Positions 1 through 11,541 of a stretch of DNA of 64,000 bases are shown here, in pieces (positions within the stretch are counted from its first letter, which is position 1; every line of letters starts with the position of its first letter). The notes under the pieces are model-generated. The model saw only the letters and a list, made by a program, of their open reading frames with translations. It did not search any database and was not told the DNA's origin. The stretch spans positions 20,529,910 through 20,593,909 of the forward strand of contig NC_134031.1 in the NCBI RefSeq assembly GCF_964204645.1. The letters run 5' to 3'. A program made the translations under genes and the position numbers. The stretch is from Tubulanus polymorphus (Eukaryota; Animalia; Nemertea).

Positions 1-672
1 TAGCAAGAATTCACCAAATTATCACGCCATATTTGGCTTCTGAATAGATTGTAAAGTCGTATTGTAAATCGTCTGTTGTTGCTACGTTCACGCGACGTAA
101 ATAAACGTAGTTTTTTCATTCATTCCACTGAGATTCGTTCATTCATCGAAAACCGGTCAAGACATGAATGCGTGGGCGGTTCTCACACTGCGAATACGTG
201 TATCGCGTGTACAATGACGAATCTTACGATGTTTAGATATCGTAGTAAATCGACGAACACAAAAGAATTCCTAAAATCAGTTAATCATTTCGAAGAGACC
301 TAGAAACCGGTGTCGTAGATAAACAAATCACAAACAATTACAGATTTATGGATCACACCGTCATAACATATATTTCTCTCTCACTTTTGATATTTACATT
401 CTGTCAAAAATAAACTGTACATTGCACTAAATGATTTTATAGGTTTATATTTACATATTGACATTACATAAGGGTTAATCAATGTCACCAGGTCCGTTAA
501 ATCAAGACAGCAATTTGTCAAATCGTTATCTATTTCACTTAAATAGCTTTTGATATTAGATATATTAAACAGCGTGATTATATTCTAGATTACAAGGAAC
601 TGTGACTTAAAACAGCCCCAAAGAGTTTCAGTTTCAGTTCTCGTTCTCATTTGATTGCAAAATTAAAACTTT

Positions 673-784
673 GGATCCGGTTCCACGGTTGTGAGTTAGA
701 GTTAACTCTTTGAGTTAAAATTAGCTCATTTTCAATGAGTTAACTCAGGGTTAGATCTTAACTCACAACTGTGGAACCGGGTCC
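673..784. mobile_element. Palindromic MITE (PIF/Harbinger-like), family 1
   Basis: TIRs ggatccggttccac...gtggaaccgggtcc with internal gagttaactc. A homologous copy lies at 61641-61756. Confidence 0.7.
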
Positions 785-3005
785 ATTTCACATCTAGATT
801 TAAACTTTGACCAATACTTTCTGTGGCCCGAATGCAGTCGAGATGAAATCACAGAAAATGAAAGCGAATCAATTTTGGCTGTAGTGAACCTATGGTTTAG
901 TATTTTCTCTTTCTTTTCTGTCACAAAGCGGTATTGACTTTTAGTTTATGGTCGACGAAAAAATGATAACCTTTGATCTGAAGCTTCGCAATAAAGAAGT
1001 TTATTCATGTACAACGCGAAGATGAAAACAGTCATCATTACTTTCACCCAATTCTCTCTCTCTCTCCATCCTCTGTATATTATAGGCTGCACTAAAAGGC
1101 TTTAACAAGCGGTTACTTGTTCAACACTCATTTTACCATTACAAAAAATACCGACCTAGTCAATCCCACGCTACACATAATCGACATAAGCGAGTAGTTT
1201 TCCACGTTTATTACCGACAATTACTAATATATCTGAGAGAAAGTTATAACCTACGGTCTTTGCACGGGTGTTGATGGAGGGCTTAATTTCGAAGAAAAAC
1301 ACGAGTACCCATGACGTGTACGCGTAAGCGTGTAAATCGGCTTCATAAATCATATTAGTAACAGGTGCAATTTTTAAACTTTTTCGTATCTATGAAGTTG
1401 GACGTAGTACTACTGTACATAATGGAAGCTCAAGCGAATCAGGGGGGGGGGGGCTGTTTTCCACTTCCAGAGCCGGGCTAGGAGTTTTAAGTTACAAGTA
1501 AGGCCTACGTACATGTGATCCCCAAACTATCATTACATCATAGATTATGATCACATTTCCTCATTTACGCGTAGAAATTCATTTTTTATGTTCCCCTCTC
1601 TTACGACGAGGCTCTGCTTCACCCTCCCTCAAAAGTGTGTCGAAATCTCTTCGTAAAATATGTCGTTCCGATGCGAAAAAATTCGTAACAGCACAACCAT
1701 GGTATACATTATCGGGATAATTTGATAAAAAGCGAGTGATAATACTTGATATCAATACGTTGCGACGGTCTGAAGAGGGTTATTGTTTGTTTACGATGAT
1801 GAAAATATCTGCAGCCCATACGAATACATGATTGTCTATAATTAGGAAAATTAGTTCCAGCTAACCGGGTAATCAGTGAATACCTATATGACATTCAGAA
1901 TTATGCATATTACACATGTATTACATATACAAAACTTCGCGTAATAAGAAATTATGCTTTCGTTGATTTCATGACCACCATTTTTATGTTGTTATACGGA
2001 ACCGTAATTTGGAACGAAGAAAATAATATCAGACCCAGTTTTTCGGTACATCCGGTTACGGTAACGGATATTCTCCGAGATAAATACAGCTCTATACAGA
2101 ATCATACAGCTAATGAAATATGACTCCTCGCTAATAGTTGGATCAGACCAGACTAGCTGGCTAACTAACCGATTCGCAATGGAAATATTCTCATATTCTA
2201 GATTAAGCTCAGTAAAAATTGAGTTCGCCTGCGACGGAACAGTTTTATAGCCCCCGCTCACTTAATGAATGTATGGCCTATTCAAAGCAGATACAAAACA
2301 AACTGAAATCATTATCGATGTCACAGATTACTGCCACTAATTACACGTGCTGTGCATAGCTTCAGTGTCAATGATAGGGCATCAGCCCTAGGCCAAAGAG
2401 TGAGTCGCAATATAATCACAAACCCCGTCAACCGTAAAACCGCTTCCCTTTTACAAGCACAATGTACATACACCCCAATAGATAGAAAACCCCTTGAACG
2501 TATCACGAACCCGTTTATATATTTACACTTGTCAAAATTCTACAGTTGTTACCTATTATCATTTCCCGCTAAAGAATTCACCTTAAAATCTAGCGCAATT
2601 TCCTGTACTTGATGACGCATTACACACATTTTTATTACATCCTCATTTAAAAGCACTGTTACTTATCAAAAAGCGATAAAGACGTCGTTAATGTAAAACA
2701 AATCGATTTAAAGATGTCTGTTTAGCAATCTTGATATTGCATTATCTTATCTACTGACAGGCAGTGGGTAAACGAGAGTATTAAAGATCTGACTAGATCC
2801 ATGCAGCATGTTACCCGATCGCTATGTGTCGTGTCAAGTGAACTATTAACATGTAGTATTATTCCTTGAAAAGTTGTAGGTAGAAAAGCTTTCGATCGCA
2901 AAACGTGACCCACCCTCTCAACATCTGACTAGTGAAAGCCCACCATAAAAATAACAAAAACCTTTTAAAAAACTATATTCATTGAATTGCGAAGTTTGGA
3001 CCGTT

Positions 3006-4775
3006 TCAGTCGATGGTATGATAAAAGTTCTCTTCCTGGTAGTCGTCGTAGGTGCATTCAGTTCGTAGCGCATGCTCCTCCTCGGCACTCATTTCGGGTA
3101 AATGCACTATTCCCCCGTTTCGGAGGGGCTTGTCACTTCGTAAATAAATCGCGTTGCTAAACGCATGCGTGACGTCATATTCCGGTGCGGAACTAGTACT
3201 ATTGCGGGGTGTCGTGGCCGCCGATGACGAGGTCTCCACGCACTCGTAGCCAACCGCCGCTCTGTCGAAGGCTTCTTTTCTTCGCAATCTCTTAACAAAC
3301 AAAATCAATATAATCACGATTATAGCCACGAGAACAATTCCTATTCCGACAGGTATGAACCAATTTTGCGCGATCCAAGACTCTCCGACGACCAACGCGG
3401 CAATCTGGGCTATCATACAATCGTCACCGTCGAATTTCTCGTACGGAAAATTCTCGTCGATTTTATGAACGACGAAGTCTTTTGATTTTTCGACAGTTTT
3501 ATTGTCGAGTTTATGGACGTCGTAGGTGACTTTAAGAAGGGCGTTTGTCACTGGGTCCCCGTTCTCGCCTTTACACTGACTTAGCGTGACGATAGCCACG
3601 AAACAATCGCGTTTGATCGCCGCACTTTTAAGCACGGCACTTATCAACCAGTGTTTCATATTGATTTCGTCTTCGTGTTTCAGATGACCGGCCAATAGTA
3701 CGGGCACCCCTAACGAGTCGTGGTCTTTGTCGACGTTTATAGAAGTCTTTACTCGGTTACTGTCGAGACTTTTCTCACAATTCTCGCCGGTAAACCCCGT
3801 ATGGCAATCGCAAGCGTACTCGAAATCGCCCTCGTTAACGCAAGTGCCGTTGTTTTTGCACGGACCGAACGAACACGGGTCGGGTAGGTGGCACGTATCG
3901 CCGATATACCCGGGCGCACAGCTGCAGTTAAACTCGCCGATAAGGTCGATGCACGAACCGCCGTTCAGACACGGGCGCGAGCGGCATTCGTCGATATCAA
4001 CCTGACACTGGTCACCGGCTGTACCAGTCGGACACAGACAGTGGAATCGATTGTGATCGTCGATGCAGGTACCGCCGTTTTGACACGGTGAACTGGCGCA
4101 TTCGTTTATCGCATCAGTACAAGAATCACCCGACCATCCGGGCAAACATTTCCGTTCGCCCGTCTCCTCGTCGCATAAGTAGTGACCGTTAGCGTCGTCT
4201 TGGTTCATACATTTAATCGTACATTGCGGCCCGTAGTAGTTCGGGTTACAGAACGCTTTCACCTCGATGGTAAGACTCGTCCTCGTCGAGAGAAGGACGG
4301 TTTTCGTTTCAGCTAACGACGCCTTCTTGGCCATTGGAATGAGCACCTTCTTTCGTAAGGAATCCACGTATTCTCCGGCAGTGACTCCGATGTCGGAATC
4401 CCAAACTTCCACTTTTAACAGGAAACCGTTTCTCCAATGTCGAATAGGGACAAGCATCGGGTTGTTAATTCCACCGATTGTAGCCCCGAAACGAATTGAG
4501 TCCATCTCGTCGATTTTATTCGTTACGAAACGCCCCAACGGACAGTTTACGTAATCGTGCGGATTACCGTCGGGATGGTCTAAACACAGTATGAAATAGT
4601 GATCGCAAGGCGACAGGCAGAAAAACGCCCGGCCATCGCAACAATGACCGTTCGCTCCGAGTCCTTGTGGGTTCGTAAAATGGTTGAAATGAATCGACAA
4701 CATTCCATCGCTTATAACTCCAGTAATCATCCCGAACATAACGGCGAATGCCAGTATAACCGTGTTCGTATCCAT
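3006..4775 (-). CDS. Intronless Delta-like (DSL family) Notch-ligand-type membrane protein, 589 aa
   Basis: Single ORF. It has a signal peptide, an MNNL/C2-like N-terminus (NGHCCDG...CDHYFILCL), a DSL motif (CNPNYYGPQC...DDANGHYLC...CLPGWSGDSC), three EGF repeats (two with Ca-binding INEC/IDEC), a ~130 aa linker, a TM helix (WFIPVGIGIVLVAIIVIILILFV-KRLRRK) and a Tyr-rich tail. Confidence 0.9.
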   Translation of the reverse strand: MDTNTVILAFAVMFGMITGVISDGMLSIHFNHFTNPQGLGANGHCCDGRAFFCLSPCDHYFILCLDHPDGNPHDYVNCPLGRFVTNKIDEMDSIRFGATIGGINNPMLVPIRHWRNGFLLKVEVWDSDIGVTAGEYVDSLRKKVLIPMAKKASLAETKTVLLSTRTSLTIEVKAFCNPNYYGPQCTIKCMNQDDANGHYLCDEETGERKCLPGWSGDSCTDAINECASSPCQNGGTCIDDHNRFHCLCPTGTAGDQCQVDIDECRSRPCLNGGSCIDLIGEFNCSCAPGYIGDTCHLPDPCSFGPCKNNGTCVNEGDFEYACDCHTGFTGENCEKSLDSNRVKTSINVDKDHDSLGVPVLLAGHLKHEDEINMKHWLISAVLKSAAIKRDCFVAIVTLSQCKGENGDPVTNALLKVTYDVHKLDNKTVEKSKDFVVHKIDENFPYEKFDGDDCMIAQIAALVVGESWIAQNWFIPVGIGIVLVAIIVIILILFVKRLRRKEAFDRAAVGYECVETSSSAATTPRNSTSSAPEYDVTHAFSNAIYLRSDKPLRNGGIVHLPEMSAEEEHALRTECTYDDYQEENFYHTID

Positions 4776-4899
4776 TCTCGTTTATATTCCTTGGTATCTT
4801 GGATCGATGATCAGAGTAGTCGGATTAGAGCCATCGGATTCCAGTGTACGTACGCACAGCATATAGAGCGCACAGTCAGTAGTAATATACAGATCTTTG

Positions 4900-5074
4900 T
4901 TTATAGTTCGTTAATACGTGTCTGGTAGCTGTGTGGAACACGCACGCCAGATAAACCCTACACAAATGACTCAGTTTAGGTCAAATGCCTTTGGCACTTG
5001 AACTTAGACTGGTTTCGTATACTATAATTAACACAAACAAACGCGGGCACCAGTCAATGCACAGAATGACGTCA
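4900..5074 (-). promoter_or_regulatory. Candidate promoter of the Delta-like gene: TATA, AP-1 and CRE motifs
   Basis: TATAAA on the minus strand at 4900-4905 (~125 bp before the ATG), TGACTCA at 4967-4973, palindromic TGACGTCA at 5067-5074. Motif match only. Confidence 0.35.
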
Positions 5075-8000
5075 TTAAAGCATAATGGATCTCATTTTAT
5101 AGGCGACTCGTGAAAATAGCGTCATTGACGTTTACTTCATGAATCGGAGTTCTTCAACACAGTTAGTTCCATTCATATATTGTATTGACATCGTATTGCA
5201 TAAAGGTCCACTCCTTAGGCACTCCTTAGTTCCCATCTGAACTTTTTTGGGTGTGTGGGGGGGGGGGGGGATGGAATGCTGATCTCTCAGAAATTATTGA
5301 AAAATCTTATCAAAAAGTGATTCGTATGTATCACTTATAGACCAAACAACGTTGAAAATCAATCAATCTTGATCATTTATTCTAAAAGATAACCTTCAAA
5401 AAGCAAAATATTGAATTAGGTTGATCACTTCAAAAAAGCAAAATCGAGTTTCTTAAAAGAACTCATCAAATATTATTCTATGCATCTCGCGTGGTTTAAG
5501 ACACAGAATTTTCCGCAATGTACAAAGAGGTATCGAAATCCAGGTAAATCCCTCCGTAACGTGATGACGCATGTGATACTTAGACTAGGCAATTCCCGGG
5601 TGACAGTCACTGATACACCAGTGCATTATTCCGCTTAATAACGGTGTTTACTCCTAACAAACTGCATACAATTTACCAACAGACCACTAGACTACCCAGC
5701 AATGGCGGATAGACCCTTCCTGTCGCACTTGTCGGCAAAAGTAACCAATCCCGGTATTTACTTAAGTTTCTTTAGAATTGGAGAAAGCTGGAATTTTTGA
5801 AGCACGCACTTTGATGATGATTCTATTTGGTGACAGACTTAATTATGTTATTCTATCAAACTTTGACAAACGCGGTAGAAACGGCGATAACAACTTGTGA
5901 AGTAATCAAAATATCAAATAGATAGCATAGGTAAAATTAACTTATATCTGTTAATCATTATGGGTTTTCCAATGAATCAATGAATATGTGTCCTGGAACG
6001 GAAAGCGCCTTGTCCCATAGCAATTAAAGATTACAGAATAAGCGAGTTTTACAATCGGAATAAAGTTCGCGCGTAGAAATCTTGGCTCAGACGCTAAATG
6101 GCTATTATCATTGTTAAGATTTATACGAGGCAAAAGTACTTTACTTGTAAACAGAGATATAGATTAGCGATTGATATGAATAACAACTGATTACGTGCAA
6201 ATCGAGGTAGATATTGGAATTAAGTACACAAACATGGCAATTGTGTCAAACGATAAATATCGTGAGAAAAAAGGCGTAATTTTCTATAGGTAGAAAGGTC
6301 ATGTGTTATGGTAAATTCAATGATGACTTTATAAGTAAGATATGTCCTCAGTGGCTGCATACGCAATAATTTTCATATCGAAAGCTGTTTGAACTCAGAG
6401 CTATGAATCGGTATAGGACCGAGTTCCTTAACTAAACGTATATAGTCTGCTCTTGGTTTTTTTTGAATGCAGATATAGAATAGGACACTCCTTAATTTTT
6501 GATAGTTTGGTGATGGAGGAACCTCCCTGCATCATGTTGAATGTACCCTCCCCAGCATGATTGCAAACACCCCCCTCTTCTGAACGATGTTTGTCCGCCT
6601 GCCCAGCAGAAAAAAACTCGTTTAGTGGCTAAAAGCTACAACACAAAAATTCTGAGATAATCTTAAGGAAATCCCCAGCAGACTCACCGCCGCACTAGCA
6701 GTTTCTTTTAATTTTCTTACTTCGGTAAAATATATAAACTTTTATATCTATTCGAGAGCCTCTATTACAGAGCCTCGCTCTATCAATATCAAAGGTAAGG
6801 GTTCATTCAGTGGCAAAAAGATAGTAATTTCGACGCGGACGTCGGCAAATATTTATTAATCCCACGTTTGTTGACTTAAACGGACAGCGTTGCGTACGGT
6901 CATTACTGTACAAGACAAATTGATAATTTGCGTCGATACGCATTCATCATAGAACGGAGGAGGACAGTGTTCATCATCTGTCAGTTTCCGTACAGCCTGC
7001 AGAAGCATACTAGTATACTCAATTCGCGCATACGTCACCGCTTAGAATGGATTTCGTTTCATCGCGTTTTGAGAACACGCGTAACAAAGGGAACTGATCC
7101 GTACCGTAATATATCGTTAAAAAGCGAAAGTAGTTTGATTAAGATGGAACGATGAGTATTTCATTACGAAGCACGATCCCGGTTCTCTTGAATTGTCTAG
7201 ACCGAAAAAGACGAACGGGCACAGTTTTGGATGAAACGTTTGTTCATTTCGAAATATTCAAATCAAATGTTTGATATGATATAAAGATGAAACATATCTC
7301 TTGGTAGTCGCTAATTACGTTATTTTAGTTTTTGCAGTTTGCGCCAGACAATTATTTTCTTAATGACCTCATTCTGTCACAGATATTATATAATGCAACA
7401 ATAATTAAATTCTGCATTTAGACGATGTGTCGACGTATCTCGCACTGGATATGATTAAGCAACATAAATCATGTTTAAAAAAACGATGCCTCTAATCAGA
7501 TCACGATCACAATTTCAGCGAAATTTGTCGCGCTTGGAAAACCATGTAAAAGTCTACGACGAAATTCGACGTTGTTTTCCGCCGGTAATTTCCAATGTAA
7601 TTTTCGTAGAAAAGTGTTTCACGCTGCTGCTCTCACCTTGGAGTATCAGACTTACTCCAAGCTCTCACCGAGACTACGAGCATTCAGACTCTATTGGTCG
7701 GTTTGATGAAACGACTGTATGACGACGATGAAATTCTCACGCGGCTCGGATCTGGAAGAATTTTGGAAATAAACAAACAACTCAATGGGAATAACGGGGA
7801 ACCCAGGGGGTCTGCCACCTATTTTTCCGCTAAGATGATATTTTCACAGCCTGGTTGTGAAAGTCTTACACAAACAGCGCCAAATTATTGCTGGCTATTT
7901 TGTTTTTGAAATCACCCTAGATTTTCTGTAAAAGATCAAACTTTGGAAAATTTGTTTTGAAGATGTACCCCCTATAACAGCGTTCGCTTTTCATGTGCCG

Positions 8001-8547
8001 CATATAAGTCAAAGTCATGTGCCATGTACATGTATATTTCTCTCATGGGAAGCTTTGCCCCCTATTATAATGACTCTTCTTGTATAAAGCTCATATTTTC
8101 ATCACAAATGTGACGGAGGAAAATGGGTTCTGTGTTCGAGTTATCGAATGATTTAGATTTGTTGTATAGAAGCCACATTTTTCAAACTTGTTACTGCACT
8201 GTAGCGCCTGAAACCACTCCACATGTTCAATTCGAATCCCACATTTGATCAACATCTTGAATCATCTATTTTTTCAATTCATTTATTTACGAAATCACAG
8301 ATGGATACCATGTGAATATATAATATTTGTTATAAGGGTAATTTCAGGTAAATACCCGGGTCCAGGTCCGGCTTTTATTCACCACCGGAAAAAGGTGGAC
8401 TTAAGAACGTGAAACGTGACAAACGTGACACAACAACTTATTCTCACATGTTCATATCCGTCATATTGGTCGTCAAATGGCAGTCAACCGTGGATCTTAC
8501 TTATAACATAGCTTCACGGCCACTATGACGTCACGTGAATAAGGTTT

Positions 8548-10602
8548 CTAGCACGAGCAGTTGGGATTGGATAATCCGGCACGACGGCTTTCATCTTTCA
8601 TCGCAGTTCCTGTTATAACCTCAACTATTTCGGTGTCTTCTTTTAATTCTGATTTCGAGACTATTCGAAAAATTTCTGTTATAATAAGAATAAGATGATT
8701 AAAGCATTTTCTTTTTTTACACGTCGCATGGAAATGATGAAAATAATCGAGTGAAATAAAAACATTTTCTTTCCGACCTTTGAGTAAAATTTCAAATGCT
8801 TCGTCGACGTTTGATGAATTTAACGCCGATGTTTCAATGAAAGCCAAACCATTTTCCTCTGAAATAATTGACATGTATAAGATTCCTGGATATCAGTTTC
8901 ATTTTCATATATCTGCAGATTCCATCTACTGATATTATTTTTTTACAGGATAAAAGAAAAGCAAAATAAAGAAATGTTGATAGTTCGCTGTCTTTTACTT
9001 TTTCTTTCGATTATTTGCTAAAGGAACCGATCAACGATTATCCGAAAAATACAAATGATTTCATAAGATTCGGATCAATGTTTTGATCGGTTCAAGTAAA
9101 GATTCATGGAATTAAGTTGGAAGCCGATACCTCGTATACCGGTAACATGCTAGATTTTTCCTGCAAGTAATTAGTAAGGTAATGTTGCGATGAAGTATGT
9201 AGGAAGTAACCGAAAACCTTGATTTCCTAATTCTTCGATGCACTTTTGCGATTGCGATTATATCGACAAACCTGCGTATTTGCTCGCCTCTTCTGACGTC
9301 ACCGTTCTCAAATGACGCAAATCGCTCTTGTTCCCGACCAAGATGACCACTGCGTTGTTGTGCACGAATTGTCGTAATTCGTCTAACCAATGTTCAACTC
9401 TTTCGAACGTGGCACGTTTCGTTATATCGAATACCAACACGGCGCCAACAGCACCTCGGTAATATCTACAATTTATACACCGTATATTAGATAAAGGCAG
9501 ACGTCTTAACTTCGAGTAGAATGAGAATTTGTTCATTTAGACATAGAACATCAAATCAAGCGTTAGATCATTTATTCTTTCGAAAACACGTACGCATTAT
9601 TTATAGCTTCGAATCGTTCTTGACCTGCAGTATCCCAAATCTGCGCCTTCATTATCTTATCATTCAAAGTAAGACTCCTGAAATCATTAATAATGGCTGA
9701 ACGAATTATGAATATGTATACTTCCTATGATTACAATCTTACAATCATTAAATCTTAACTTCATCTCAAGCGTGGTAATACAAGTTATTGTATCACCACG
9801 AACAAATGTACGTGCCATTGAAAGTCTATTGATTAGCATAAATTTTTCATTTTGTTCCTCATTCGAATCTGTGATATATGCAGAAATACGCAGATGTATT
9901 TGTGTTCACGTAAACTTTCTATGCGTTGTATGCATTACAATTAATTTTTCATAACCACAAGCATCTTGGCCAATCCCCGCAAAATGGAAGCATTTGTCGT
10001 CTGCAGTTTACCTTGTGGCAAATTCAACGCCTATAGTCGATTTGCTGTCCAGACTGAACTCATTTCGTGTGTACCTCGATAACAAATTACTTTTACCGAC
10101 TCCTGAACTGCCTATCAGTACAACTATAGAAAATACAAATGCAAAATAGTTTGTGTCAGGGTCCGTGATAATCTTTATAGTTATGCGATACAGTCAGAGT
10201 CCATTATAACGCAATCTTTGTTATTAATCCTACATTTTCCGAGAACAAATTTGCCCAATGCTACTGAAATTCGTAATGAAAAGAACTTATCATATCGCCA
10301 AAATCGTGAACGCCATTTATTGGTACCAACACTTCTTACTGTAAGACAATCAGTCTTTGTACGATAATCAATCTAATCTTTCCTCCGATGAGTCTATCCT
10401 TGGACTGGAAACTGGTTTTAGAGTAGATGCTACGTCGCGCCTTTCTTACATTTCAGTTATTTACCGTCGCATCTTTCTTACCTTTCACGAGATAATCAAA
10501 GTGTTGAGTAAGGTATTGCGCAGGCTCCAGTTTTTTCTGGGTTTGAACGTTCGCTTCATAGGTCGTTTTCACACCGACGCGGTTTATATTACTGTCGGAC
10601 AT
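8548..10602 (-). CDS. Divergent Rab11-family small GTPase, 6 coding exons
   Basis: Exons ~10602-10482, 10123-10012, ~9677-9594, ~9466-9274, ~8857-8778, ~8675-8548, all with GT-AG. Translation: MSDSNINRV...[45 protein letters not shown]...[23 protein letters not shown]...[10 protein letters not shown]...[10 protein letters not shown]...NPNCSC*. All G boxes are present, with a CXC prenylation motif. Confidence 0.88.
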
Positions 10603-11248
10603 TATAGCTTGTTTTCTAATGAAGAACTACAGTCTACTCTCCCGGTGCCATAGATGCCTTTTCTTTTACTATCCTGTTCTTCTGACGTGGAGTTAGGTAC
10701 GGTACCGAAAAATAACTATGACTCTATATCGCCGGCCTTATGACAATGTGGGCCAATGACTCATACACAAGTTTCCTATACGACTATCAAGTGGCAATGT
10801 CGTTTTACTCAAGAATACTGAATATAAATCTTTTTATCGAAAACCTAGGTCTAAATACAGATAAAGAGAATAAACTGAAAAAGCCGATATTACTCTTGGA
10901 GATATGTGTTTTATGTGGAGACCCTCGTAAAAAATGGTGAATATACGTTAATAACTGGACCTATTTTAGTTTGATGCCGTCAGTACCAGTCATTTTATTT
11001 GCGATGTGATGTAATCTGCTTTCAGTCACACGGAACTGTTGAAGTGGCTTCTGAAATTTGAAATCTTCTATGCGATTTATGGTTTCAGTAAGATCGTTGT
11101 CTGTCAGATATTGGTAAACGCCTCGCGTAGACAATCGAAAACTCTATCAAAACAAACTAAATTATACAACATTTCATTCATACAACTATCTGTATTATTT
11201 CATAATCAAATATCAATATGCTAATTTGTTGGCTATTTGAAAAAAAAT

Positions 11249-11541
11249 CTAGTTCCTGCAGCATTTGCCGATACCCCAGCTGCAACAGTTGCTGCTTGGT
11301 CCGCCGATCAGCCAGTAGGTTCCCTGGCCCAAACCGAATCTTCCTGGGCAGAAACATGGTACACCTCTTCTGGCAATATGTACTTCCGTCTCTGAAAATT
11401 TGAGGAATCATCACGTGAATTTCAAACAAACTACATAGTTCAAACGTAGATCGAAAATAAGAAAAGAATTTACGCACCTTCAGCGGTGACGGCTCCGAGG
11501 ACCATGAAGACGGCCAAAGCAACGAACAAAGTCTTGTACAT
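11249..11541 (-). CDS. Secreted six-Cys toxin/defensin-like peptide precursor, copy A
   Basis: Exons 11541-11478 and 11391-11249, separated by a phase-1 GT-AG intron of 86 nt. Product: MYKTLFVALAVFMVLGAVTAE-ETEVHIARR-GVPCFCPGRFGLGQGTYWLIGGPSSNCCSWGIGKCCRN*. A non-coding first exon ends at 11630 (acattcag|gta). Confidence 0.9.

Noticed and set aside
6850-7910. Short ORFs between the Delta-like and Rab genes
   Set aside because: No recognisable domain or coherent exon chain on either strand.
11178-11522. ORF-track proteins 11178..11522 and 16730..17119
   Set aside because: They are wrong-frame readings across the spliced peptide genes A and C.
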